DNA of 63,975 bases, filler included, from an uncultured Methanosarcinales archaeon (GTDB taxonomy: Archaea; Nanobdellota; Nanobdellia; Woesearchaeales; CAYSVS01): assembly GCA_964434475.1 (NCBI GenBank). It is 21 parts of 21 records of this genome, joined end to end, with 100 filler letters (N's around TTAATTAATTAA, not from the genome) between each part and the next. Parts side by side here need not be neighbours in the genome. Positions count along the whole stretch, not along the records: positions 29,460 to 32,281 come from CAYSVS010000096.1; positions 32,382 to 35,169 come from CAYSVS010000097.1; positions 35,270 to 37,959 come from CAYSVS010000098.1; positions 38,060 to 40,735 come from CAYSVS010000099.1; positions 40,836 to 43,504 come from CAYSVS010000100.1; 16 more parts are not named here. One strand, written 5' to 3'. This document shows, piece by piece, positions 30,350 through 40,890 of this stretch. The position numbers were made by a program, and so were the translations under genes. Below the pieces are notes generated by a model that was not told the origin of the DNA, ran no database searches, and was given only the letters and a program-made list of their open reading frames with translations. Each line of letters begins with the position of its first letter. The first letter of the stretch is position 1.

Positions 30350-31291
30350 TAATTTTTAGTGGCGTTCAATCAAATGAGCGAATGCGATACATCAAGAACA
30401 AGAAGCAAGGGGACAATCTCTTTTTACTTTTTTTAGGGGAGGGGCTTTTTTGTTTCTTTTTTTAAAATAACAAAGTAGTTTTTAATGATATCTTTATTTC
30501 CTTATATACAATCTTCTTGACAAGATTCTTTTGTTTCAGGGCATGGACAACCTTCCCCTTGACAAACCATTTCGTCACATATACCATCGCCACATTTGTC
30601 TTCACAAATATTTGAAGGAATAGCACTATCTAGTGTCTCTGAAAATAAATCTCCTTCAGGAGTTTCACAATATGGCTTGCATCCAATACAATCAGGATAT
30701 AAAACTTCATAACCTGCTTCAACACAAGAATTAAAATCAGTTACTGGAACAATTCGTTTATCTGCTTTTGTAATTTCTGAGTAAGTCACATTATTGATAC
30801 TACCACCTTCAATTATCATGCTTGTCTCAATTTTTTCAAGATTAGTAATATTAGTTTTATTAACTTTATATTCATATACTAATTCAAAACATCCAGTTCC
30901 ACAAATTATCGGATCTGATTTTAATTTAAGATTATAACCATTAAGATCATTGTAATTATAACTCTGTTTGATTCTTTTTTCAGCTATTTGTTTTGCTTCA
31001 TTAACTGTTATTTGATTTTCTATCTTTTTATTTTCATAATTAAATTTTCCCAGAAAACCTATTATTGATATAAAAGATATTATTAATGCTAATGTAATGA
31101 AAATCCAAATTATTATCTTTACTTTATTATTAACCAATTTCATATATATGTGTAAATGTTAATTTATTATAAATTTTTCTAGTAATTTCGAACAACGAAG
31201 TTGTGAGCGTAAATGTGCGTAGCACCAGCCTCTCCCTTTTTTCTCTTTTGTTTTAATTGTCCTCCCTTCTACTTTTAGCCACTAAAAATTA
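30350..31291. mobile_element. Putative gene cassette 2 bounded by a perfect 14-bp inverted repeat
   Basis: TAATTTTTAGTGGC (30350-30363) / GCCACTAAAAATTA (31278-31291). Confidence 0.6.
30502..31143 (-). CDS. Membrane-anchored exported Cys-rich protein
   Basis: N-terminal TM; FNSCVEAGY..CETP and CEDKCGDGICDEMVC...CPETKESCQEDC modules. Confidence 0.8.
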   Translation of the reverse strand: MKLVNNKVKIIIWIFITLALIISFISIIGFLGKFNYENKKIENQITVNEAKQIAEKRIKQSYNYNDLNGYNLKLKSDPIICGTGCFELVYEYKVNKTNITNLEKIETSMIIEGGSINNVTYSEITKADKRIVPVTDFNSCVEAGYEVLYPDCIGCKPYCETPEGDLFSETLDSAIPSNICEDKCGDGICDEMVCQGEGCPCPETKESCQEDCI

Positions 31292-31431
31292 TTTCATTTA
31301 ACATCGGGGTCCCTTGTTATACAAGGGTGAGCGTAACGCAGTGAAGCGAAAGCGCAGCGTCCCCTTGAGTAGAATTTTTACGTTTATTCATATCGAACGA
31401 AGTGAGTCAAATTTTAAAAGTTTGGGGCGTT
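31292..31431. repeat. Structured inter-cassette spacer plus left arm of a third unit
   Basis: TTTAACA-N11-TGTTATA, CCCTTGT-TAT-ACAAGGG hairpin, conserved block, ends TTTGGGGC-GTT. Confidence 0.7.
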
Positions 31432-32233
31432 AATAAGAAATAATCTTAATAAAATTACCTTTTTTAATCCACTCTTCGTGTTTTACAAGCTTCTCTGAAA
31501 AATCTTGAAACCTATCTGCCACACGATGAATTGAACCATCTGAATTAAGAAATTTAGGATTAATATATCTCAATTTAGTTCTAGAATGAAAATGAAAGTC
31601 ATTCGGGTCATCAATAATCTTTAATTTTGGGTTGAGCATTTCCAATTTTTTTAAAATCAATTGATTGCCTGATTCTTTTAGTTTTGTATAAACAGCTAAA
31701 TCATCATCAAATAAGTCTTTTTCATCAAGTATTTTTTCATCCAAAGCAATTTTTATTGCATCGGCTAAAATTTGAAATAATGCTACTTCAAGGGGATGAG
31801 ACCATTTTTCTTCATCCATTCTTAGATAATCTTCTGAAAAACTTTTTGCAATTAGCTCTCCATTAATAATAATTTCATTGTTTTGAACCATAAAACTTGA
31901 AATATATTTATTTATTTTATCACTAAAACCTTCACTCGCTACCATATCCCTTAATGTATAATCTATCCTATCTGCACATAAGTCAGGTAATGATTTTTCT
32001 AATAAGGAGAAATTATGTTCATCTAAAATCCTATCAATATCAAAATTAAATTTTTTTAAGATTGCAGGTATTTCTGATTGAAGTATTATCTTTGCATGAA
32101 ATTTTTCATGGAACTCATGATTGTGGTTAGTATCTTTAAATACAAAATCAATCACATGTGAAAAGGCAGTATGAGGAATATCATGAAGTAATCCTGCTAT
32201 TTGTTCTTCAATTGATGCACCTAATTTTCTTAA
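31430..32233 (-). pseudogene. HD-domain phosphohydrolase interrupted at its 5' part by repeat C element
   Basis: Frame continues upstream of 32155 as LRKLGASIEEQIAGLLHDIPHTAFSHVID; LCADRIDY; runs into repeat C. Confidence 0.8.
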
Positions 32234-32281
32234 GGGAACTTTGCAAAATTAGCAAAAACGTAAACTCTATATATCTACTTG
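32234..32281. repeat. Contig-end repeat C copy
   Basis: Matches other C copies; preceded by TAA. Confidence 0.85.
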
Positions 32282-32488
32282 NNNNNNNNNNNNNNNNNNN
32301 NNNNNNNNNNNNNNNNNNNNNNNNNTTAATTAATTAANNNNNNNNNNNNNNNNNNNNNNNNNNNNNNNNNNNNNNNNNNNNTAAATTTGATTTTTTCTAA
32401 AAAAAAAGAGGGGGATAATTGTGTTTTCTTTCGCTTTGCTACAGAAAACGATTGATTTATAAACTTTTTACAATAACTATTGAGTATA

Positions 32489-34689
32489 ATGAAAAACATA
32501 ATTATAAAAGGAGCCAAAACCCATAATCTCAAAAATATTGATATTGAATTTCCTAGGAATAAAATCAATGTTTTAGTTGGAGTTTCGGGTTCCGGAAAAT
32601 CTACAATTGCTTATGATATAGTTGCCGCAGAAGGGCAAAGACAATTTTTGGAATCTATCAGCACTTTTGCCGCAAGACTTTTGAAAAGAACGGGAAAAGC
32701 AGATATTGATTCTATAAAAAATCTTTCACCTACAATTGCAATTGACCAAAAAAAATTAAGAGGCAGTCCTCGTTCAACTGTTGGAACTAGCACAGAAATT
32801 TATACTTATTTGAGATTATTATTTTCAAGATTCGGTTCTGAAAAAAATTTAAGTGCTGGGCATTTTTCTTTTAATAGTCCAAAAGGAGCTTGTCAAAAAT
32901 GCAAAGGGCTAGGAACTGAATATACTATTGATCCAAAATCAATAATAGATTTTAACAGATCATTAAATAAGGGAGCTTGTCAAATAAATATTTTTAAGCC
33001 AGGTTCAAGATACTTCAATATAATCAAATCTTCAGGAAAATTAAATTTAGACAAAGCAATAAAAGAATACTCAAAAGAGGAATTAGATTTTTTATTATAT
33101 TCTCCAAAAATCGTTTTAAGCAACAAAGATCAAGGATTTATCCAATCTTTTAGTCATGAGGGAATCATAACTCGTCTTATTAGCAGAGCCATGGATTTAA
33201 GAGGAGTTTCTAAGAATAAGGAAAAGTCAGAAAAAAAATATTGGAGAGAAATGTCTTGTAAATCTTGTAATGGTGGCAGACTTAACAAAAAAGCTCTTTT
33301 ATCACAAATTAACGATAAAAATATTGGCGAATTTTCCAATATGCAACTAGATAAGTTTGTTGATGAAATTAGTAAGATTAAAATCTTAGAAGCAAAAGAA
33401 CTAACTAACAGGATTATTGAAACAGCCAAAAATTTAATCGATGTTGATTTAGGTTATTTATCCCTAAACAGAAGTTTAGATACTCTTTCAGGAGGAGAAT
33501 CTCAAAGATTAAAACTTGCCAGAGAACAAGGTTCAGATTTAATAGAAATGGTTTATATTCTTGACGAACCAACAGCAGGACTTCATCCTAAGGACCGCAA
33601 AAATTTGATTAAAATTTTACACAAATTAAAAGAGGCAAATAATACAGTTATTGTTGTTGAGCATGATGATTTAGTTATGCAAGAAGCCGACCATATAATT
33701 GAAATTGGTCCTGGTGCAGGGAGAGAAGGTGGGAAAATTATTTTTGAGGGAAGTTTTAATGAATTAAAATCAAAATCATATGTTACTGGAAAATACTTTG
33801 GGGGGAAATCAAAACTTAAACAAGATGTCAGAAATGCAAAAGATTATTTGACAATAAAAAATGCCTCAATTCATAACTTGAAAAATATTGATGTAGAAAT
33901 CCCTTTGAAAACATTTTGTTCAGTTACAGGCGTTTCAGGTTCAGGTAAAAGCTCGTTAATTATTGATGAATTTATCAAACAATTTTCAAATGAAAAAATT
34001 ATTCTGATAGATCAATCGTCTCTAACTGGAACAGCGAGAGGCAATATTGCAACCTACACAGGAATTTTTAACAAAATTAGAAATATCTTTGCTAAAGAGA
34101 ATAATGTTTCAAGTAGTTTGTTTAGTTCAAACTCCAAAGGTGCTTGTCCTGATTGCAATGGATTAGGATTTATCAAGATTGATATGCACTTTATGGGAGA
34201 TGTTAAAACTTTGTGTGAAACTTGCCAAGGTAAAAAATATCAAAAAGAAATTTTAGAATACAGCTATAAAGATAAGAATATTTATGATGTTCTTGAAATG
34301 ACCGTAAATGAAGCGAATGATTTTTTTGAACAAGATTCTATCAGAAAAAAGTTAAAGATGCTTATAGATGTTGGATTAGGATATTTAACCTTAGGGCAAA
34401 CTCATGATACTTTCTCCGGTGGTGAAGCACAAAGATTAAAATTGGCAAGCAAGCTACACAAAAAAGGAGAAATTTTTGTATTGGATGAACCAACATCAGG
34501 ATTGCATTTTGCAGACATAGAGAAACTTTTGAACTTGTTATTGAACACAGTTTAGATGTTATCAAACAATCAGATTGGATAATTGATATGGGACCTTTTG
34601 GAGGAGATAACGGCGGAAAGATTATCGCAGAAGGGATCCCTGTAGACATTTCTAAAGATAAAAATTCTGTAACTGGAAAATATTTATAA
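32489..34689 (+). pseudogene. Short UvrA-like ABC ATPase (class II/DrrC-like) with deletion-frameshift near 34535
   Basis: Two ABC modules (GVSGSGKS, SGGE.QR, LDEPT); C-terminal [20 protein letters not shown]...SVTGKYL is in another frame. Confidence 0.85.
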
Positions 34690-34701
34690 TTTATAATTAA
34701 A

Positions 34702-35115
34702 ATGGAATTTAAATTTGCTAAAACTGAAGATATTGAAAAAGTTACATATTTTTTTAAAGAACATATTAAATCGGATAATGATGCTATTAATTCCAGGGAA
34801 TTTCTTTGCCCTATCGGTTTAAAGATAGCTATTAAAAATAATAATGTAATTATTTGTATTAAAAATGATATAATTATTGGAGGATTAAGATTTTATATTA
34901 GGAAAAAAGACAACATTGTATCTTTATATCAATTTGCTATCATTAAAGACTACAGAGGTAAGAATATTTTGAATCAAATGCTTAGAAAAACAAATTGTTA
35001 TATTTTTGAAAGCATTTGTCATAGAAACTCTAATTTTAATCAGTATTATAAAAAAACAGGTTGGATTTTAAAAAAACAAAATGTTAATTTAAATACTTGG
35101 ACTATAACAATTTAA
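34702..35115 (+). CDS. GNAT-family acetyltransferase
   Basis: YQFAIIKDYRGKNI and YYKKTGW motifs. Confidence 0.75.
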   Translation: MEFKFAKTEDIEKVTYFFKEHIKSDNDAINSREFLCPIGLKIAIKNNNVIICIKNDIIIGGLRFYIRKKDNIVSLYQFAIIKDYRGKNILNQMLRKTNCYIFESICHRNSNFNQYYKKTGWILKKQNVNLNTWTITI

Positions 35116-35269
35116 AATAAGGAGTTTTGAAAAATGAAATTCACCCCTAACCCCTCTTTCATTTTTCAANNNNNNNNNNNNNNNNNNNNNNNNNNNNNNN
35201 NNNNNNNNNNNNNTTAATTAATTAANNNNNNNNNNNNNNNNNNNNNNNNNNNNNNNNNNNNNNNNNNNN

Positions 35270-35319
35270 ATCAAGTAGATATATAGAGTTTACGTTTTTG
35301 CTAATTTTGCAAAGTTCCC
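35270..35319. repeat. Contig-end repeat C copy (reverse)
   Basis: Matches 4272-4322. Confidence 0.85.
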
Positions 35320-35520
35320 TAAATTATTTTTAATTACAAACTGGGTTTTATACCCTGTTGCTTTGCAATGATCTTTAGTTTGTAATCTTAAGAATTCTGA
35401 TTGTGTAGCAAAAAATCTAGTGTATACCTCTAGCTTGCAACGACGCGTAGTTAGATTTTATGAATTTTTATTGATTTCAAAATACTTTAGTTCACAAAAA
35501 ATTTATATAATATATAATTA

Positions 35521-36786
35521 ATGATACATTTTAAATTGAAAAAAGAGATGGCAGAGAAGATATTATTTTGTTTATTCATCTTAGTTTTAACTATTTTTTT
35601 CTCATTTTTAGGATATGATAGGAACATATTGATAACAGGTGACGCAACCAGATTAACTATAGCCAATACTCCTCCTGTTCTGAACAAGCTTGACAATATT
35701 ACTGTCTATGAAGGAAATGTTGCAGATATAAATTCTACTGGTAACTTGTCTGCTTATGATATTGATCAGGATATTTTGACTTTTTATTTTGAAGCTCCAT
35801 TTAACTCATCAGGGCAATGGCAGACATTTATAGGAAGTGCAGGGAATTATTACATCAATGTTTCTGTAGATGATAATTCAGGTGGTGTAGATTGGCAGAT
35901 TGTTGAAGTTATAGTTTTAGCTTCAGAAATTCCTGCTCCGAAAAATATAGAGATATTTTTGAATGATGATGAAAAGAGTGTTGATCTGAATTGGACTGAG
36001 GTAGATTCTGCTTCAGAGTATATTGTTTATTATCACGATAATGTAACACATCTGAAAGATATAACCAATCCTGGCATAGTGAATTTTACTGTGACAGATA
36101 ATAATTGGACAGATAGTGGAGCTGATCAAGTTCAAACAAGATTTTATAGAGTGGGTGCTAAAAACAATGCTTTGCTTAATGTAAACGAAACAATAGTCGG
36201 CAAACATACATATTATCTCAAAGCAAGCAGTGATGAATCAAAACAGACAAATACTATAGCTTCGCCTTTTTTTAATAATTATACTATGTCTGGATTTTTA
36301 GATAGGCTGCAAGACTGCAAAAGCACCACACAACCAAGCAAGAGGATAATCATACAGACAGTAAACAGGACAAACCCTGAACAGCAGCCTTGGACAACAC
36401 ATATTGAAGGTTTTGATGCTAATGCAGATTATAAGATAGATCATAAAGAAGGTTATTTCGCTTTAGTGCATAGGAACTGTAATGTTACTTTTGTTGGAGA
36501 GATAGAAAGGTATAACGTTTATTTGACTTATGTTGCAAGCTCTGATCAACAAAAACAGACAAATTTAATAGGTGTTCCTTATCCAGGTAGAAGCATGAGC
36601 AAGTATGCTTCTGAAGTAAGCGATTCTTTTATGATTATTCAAACTGTTAACAGGACAAACCCTGAACAGCAGCCTTGGATCACTCATATAAAAGGATTTG
36701 ATGCAAATGCATATTATAGGATGAGTACAGGAGAAGGATATTATGTTAAGGTTAAGAACACACTTAACCATAATGTGACGTGGTAA
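35521..36786 (+). CDS. Exported protein with Ig/cadherin-like, FN3-like and duplicated C-terminal domains
   Basis: N-terminal TM, NTPPVL..DIDQD..LTF, LNWTEV, many N-x-S/T sequons, twin IIQTVNRTNPEQQPW repeats. Confidence 0.78.
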   Translation: MIHFKLKKEMAEKILFCLFILVLTIFFSFLGYDRNILITGDATRLTIANTPPVLNKLDNITVYEGNVADINSTGNLSAYDIDQDILTFYFEAPFNSSGQWQTFIGSAGNYYINVSVDDNSGGVDWQIVEVIVLASEIPAPKNIEIFLNDDEKSVDLNWTEVDSASEYIVYYHDNVTHLKDITNPGIVNFTVTDNNWTDSGADQVQTRFYRVGAKNNALLNVNETIVGKHTYYLKASSDESKQTNTIASPFFNNYTMSGFLDRLQDCKSTTQPSKRIIIQTVNRTNPEQQPWTTHIEGFDANADYKIDHKEGYFALVHRNCNVTFVGEIERYNVYLTYVASSDQQKQTNLIGVPYPGRSMSKYASEVSDSFMIIQTVNRTNPEQQPWITHIKGFDANAYYRMSTGEGYYVKVKNTLNHNVTW

Positions 36787-37775
36787 AAATGAAAAAATTA
36801 ATATTTTTAATGACTGCATTGATATTGATCAATATGGCTTATGCTGATTTTGATAATCCATATGTTATTTATGGATTTCTTTACGATAGTGATGGAAATG
36901 TTATAGAAAATCAAGATATTATTATACATATAGAAGTTTGTACAGGAACAGATGAATGTATAAAGAAAACATGCTTTACAGATAATCTTAATATTAAAAC
37001 AGATTCAAAAGGAGGGTATTTTTACACTTTTAGTGATGACTCGGATTCTGAGTTTGTGTTTGATGAAACTGGATTAGCCTGTGACAGTTTTATAGATATA
37101 GGAGATAGGATATGGATAACAACAGAAGGATGTTTTGATAAGACATACTATAATATATCTGACAGTAGTTCTTTGTTTTTAGATAAGCAGTATCTTAATC
37201 AATGTAATGATGGTCCTTCGCATGACGGTAGTAATAGTGGCGGAAGCGGAGCAGGCGGCGGAGGAATATCTAATTTTCCTGATAATTATCAAAAAGAAGA
37301 TAATGATCAAGAACAGACCATAAACAAATCATCTGATAAACAAGAGCCTGTAGAGGTATTTGATATTGATATTGAAATAGATAAAATTGAATTTGATAAA
37401 GAAAATGATGTTTTGACTATAGATATAGATCTTAAAAAAAGTTATGATAATCTATTGATAGATTTTTTTATATACGATGTAAATCAAGAACTTATATCTG
37501 AAGTTGTCAAGGATCATAGCGGCAGAAAATTAAGGATAGAAAAAGAATTAAAGGATATTAAGAGCAGCATATATTCTTTTGTTATTTATGTGTATGATTC
37601 TGATCAAAATCTTCTGGCGACAAAAATATTAGATTATATAATAGATAATGAGGATGGAAAACCGGCAAGATTAGAAGAACCTAGGCAAATGTTTAACTGG
37701 AATATTGTTTTGTTAATAATTATAGTTTTGTTGGTAGTTAAGTTTCAGTATAGTATTTTTATGAAGAAAAGATGA
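36780..37775 (+). CDS. Acidic surface protein with signal peptide and C-terminal TM anchor
   Basis: MKKLIFLMTALILINMAYA, Gly linker, C-terminal hydrophobic helix plus KKR. Confidence 0.78.
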   Translation: MVKMKKLIFLMTALILINMAYADFDNPYVIYGFLYDSDGNVIENQDIIIHIEVCTGTDECIKKTCFTDNLNIKTDSKGGYFYTFSDDSDSEFVFDETGLACDSFIDIGDRIWITTEGCFDKTYYNISDSSSLFLDKQYLNQCNDGPSHDGSNSGGSGAGGGGISNFPDNYQKEDNDQEQTINKSSDKQEPVEVFDIDIEIDKIEFDKENDVLTIDIDLKKSYDNLLIDFFIYDVNQELISEVVKDHSGRKLRIEKELKDIKSSIYSFVIYVYDSDQNLLATKILDYIIDNEDGKPARLEEPRQMFNWNIVLLIIIVLLVVKFQYSIFMKKR

Positions 37776-37909
37776 ATTTATTTATTTTGTATTTTATTGA
37801 AATTTTTGCAGAGATTTGAATTAGTTTATTTGAAATCTCTAGGTTTTGGATAAGTGTTTTTTTATTATTTATTTTATATAACTTATTTTTAAGTTTTTAT
37901 TGTGATTTA

Positions 37910-37959
37910 GGGAACTTTGCAAAATTAGCAAAAACGTAAACTCTATATATCTACTTGAT
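37910..37959. repeat. Contig-end repeat C copy
   Basis: Matches other C copies; preceded by TTA. Confidence 0.85.
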
Positions 37960-38061
37960 NNNNNNNNNNNNNNNNNNNNNNNNNNNNNNNNNNNNNNNNN
38001 NNNTTAATTAATTAANNNNNNNNNNNNNNNNNNNNNNNNNNNNNNNNNNNNNNNNNNNNAG

Positions 38062-40735
38062 GTGAATAATTTCCCCAAAATTTTTTGTATTTTCCTTTTA
38101 ATGTCCGCTGCATTGCTTGGCAAGACCCATTATGTTGCTTCAAGCGCAGATGCAGGCACCTACTCGTTTCGTGAGATGGTAACAATCGCAGCTTCAGGGG
38201 ATACCATTCGCTTTCGAAAAATCACCAGAATTTATCTTTACAGCATTGTCATCATCGATAAAGACCTGTTCATCATCGGAGAAAACAAGGGAGTGATGCT
38301 GGATGGCCAGGGACAAACATGTATCTTGAAAATAGAATCGAATAAAAATGTCTATGTCGAAAACATTGATTTCTACCGAGGGTATAATAAAAAACTTGCA
38401 AGTCCTTTTAATGATGGTGGTGCGATTCAAAACCTGGGGAATCTGCTTCTTGTCGATTGTAAAGTGCGTAACTCTCAAGCTGGAAGGAATGGCGGTGGAA
38501 TATTTAACGCCGGCAACTTGAGATTATTGCAAACATCCCTTCTCAGAAATCAAGCGGATCAAAACGGCGGCGCCATTTTTTGTGATCCCGCAGCCGGCAG
38601 TATACGAATCGAATCATCCTCACAAATTCATGAAAACACGGCAGCGCATGGTGGCGGTATCTTTAGCAACATCGCGATTCGAGCCGAAAACAGTACAATT
38701 CGTAATAATACCCTTCACGGCATTTATATCAGCGATTCTGTCTCGGACACCACATTTTTTACCGACTGCCACGTGGATTCCAATGACCAACACGGTATTG
38801 TCGCGAATGCAGAATTAAAAATGATTCGTTCAACGGTAAATTTTAACACCGATAATGGTATTCGCACAGAAATGGATTATTGTGATGTGGTCATTCAGGA
38901 GAGCACTATTGAAGGCAATGCGGGTTGGGGACTATATTTGCACGAATGGTGTGATCTGCACATGAGTAACAGCAATGTGCTGCAAAATCACGGCGGGATC
39001 ATGTGTGTTGATGAAAACGAGCTGTTCATCGATAATTCTGATATCAAAGAAAATACAGTTATTGGCAGCGGGGGCGGCATTCGTGGACTTGCAGATGTAG
39101 AGATTCACATTGCGGGATCTACGTTTCAAGGCAATACAGCAACACAAAATGGCGGTGCAATTTATGGAGCATTGGAAGGTCTGGAAATCAATGTCTCTCA
39201 ATTTTACGCCAACACAGCTGGCGATCATGGCGGTGCACTCAGTTTCCTCTCCATCGCACCGGTCATTATTCACAATAGTGAGTTTAAAGACAATACAGCC
39301 GGCAAAAATGGCGGAGCCTGTAATCTCGATTCATATACCACGATAGAAATCTTTTCAACAAATTTTGTTGACAATACCGCGGCAGAAAACGGAGGTGGCT
39401 GCTTTTTCAAAGACACCTATGAACACATTCATGTCGCAGGGAGTGTCTACTTTGGCAATACGGCTGAACGCGGCGCTGGTCTTTATAATGAATGCGACAG
39501 TCTGATCCTGGAAACCGTCCAGCTTGGCGAAAATACAGCCCTTATTGCCGGCGGCGGCATTTACAATTCGTACGAGGGCGGCGACATTACTGGATGGGAT
39601 TGCGCACTCGCCGGCAATTCCGCGGCACAATTTGGCGGCGCAATTTATAACGGATTTGAAAGCGGTTACAGCACGGGGATACCAACCACCTATGGTGGAT
39701 TTCTACACTTGAAAGAGTGTGAGATTTCCGCCAATACAACCGCCGGCACTGGAGCAGGCATCCAAAATACCGAGTATACCACATTGGACTCTTGTAACAT
39801 CCATGCCAATACTGCCGATACATTTGGCGGCGGTGTGTACAATCACGGTGAAGAAGCACTTGTCACCGCCAAGCATACATCATTTTCGTTAAACACAGCA
39901 GAGAATGGTGGTGGTATTTACAATAAAAAATATCTTGACCTGAATCAATGTACGATTGACGCCAATTCCGTAACCGGGGATGGAGGCGGTATTTACAGTC
40001 TGACGCTGGAAGACGAATGCCACATCTCCAACTCGACATTCTATAACAATCTAACCTCGAATAATGGCGGCGGCTTGTGGACAGGCGGCGCTCCGGCAAG
40101 CTGGATGGAAGTGATCAATTGTACATTCGTGGAAAATCGAGCATTGTCAGGCGGTGCTTCAATTTACAATTCGGATTACGGTTTGACGCTAGTAAATACG
40201 ATTATGAGTGATGCTTTGGTCGGAGCCGAATATGCAGGGACATCCCCAACAACCGCTGTTGCCAATATGGTTAAAGATGGATCGCTGACTGGTGCTGTGA
40301 TGGCTGATCCCTTGCTCATGCCGTTTAATAATTATGGCGGGTTGACCAAAACCTGCCCGCTAAACGATACCAGTCCGGCCATTGATGCGGGCGATAATTC
40401 GTATGTGACAATTTCAAAAGATCAAAGCTGTAATCCCCGCATTCATAATGGAACTGTCGATTTAGGCGCCAATGAATATCAGGGAGCTATTACCTCTATC
40501 GAGAGCGAAAAATTGCCCACGGAATTTGCCCTTTACACCAACTATCCAAACCCATTCAATCCTAAAACGGCGATCAAATTTGATTTACCCAAATCTGAAT
40601 GGGTGACCTTGAAGATTTACGATGTTTTGGGTCGTGAAATTGGGATTCTCGTTGATGAACTCAAAACAGCAGGATTCCACACCATCACCTGGGATGCAAC
40701 CCGACAAGCAAGCGGGGTTTATTTTTACGAGCTTT
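38062..40735 (+). CDS. Secreted beta-helix repeat protein (GGAI/FxxN repeats) with FCB-type C-terminal sorting domain (bacterial); 3' cut
   Basis: Repeated NxA..GGAI/GGGIYN; SPAIDAG..VDLGANE; NYPNPFNP...LKIYDVLGREI...ASGVYFY. Confidence 0.85.
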
Positions 40736-40835
40736 NNNNNNNNNNNNNNNNNNNNNNNNNNNNNNNNNNNNNNNNNNNNTTAATTAATTAANNNNNNNNN
40801 NNNNNNNNNNNNNNNNNNNNNNNNNNNNNNNNNNN

Positions 40836-40882
40836 GCAATTTAGTATTCAGTATACATATTTATTCTTTTCCGGATGAACCC
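40836..40882 (-). repeat. Left end of a second copy of the adjacent IS5-family element
   Basis: 47 bp identical to 41790-41836. Confidence 0.85.
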
Positions 40883-40890
40883 CTAAACTG

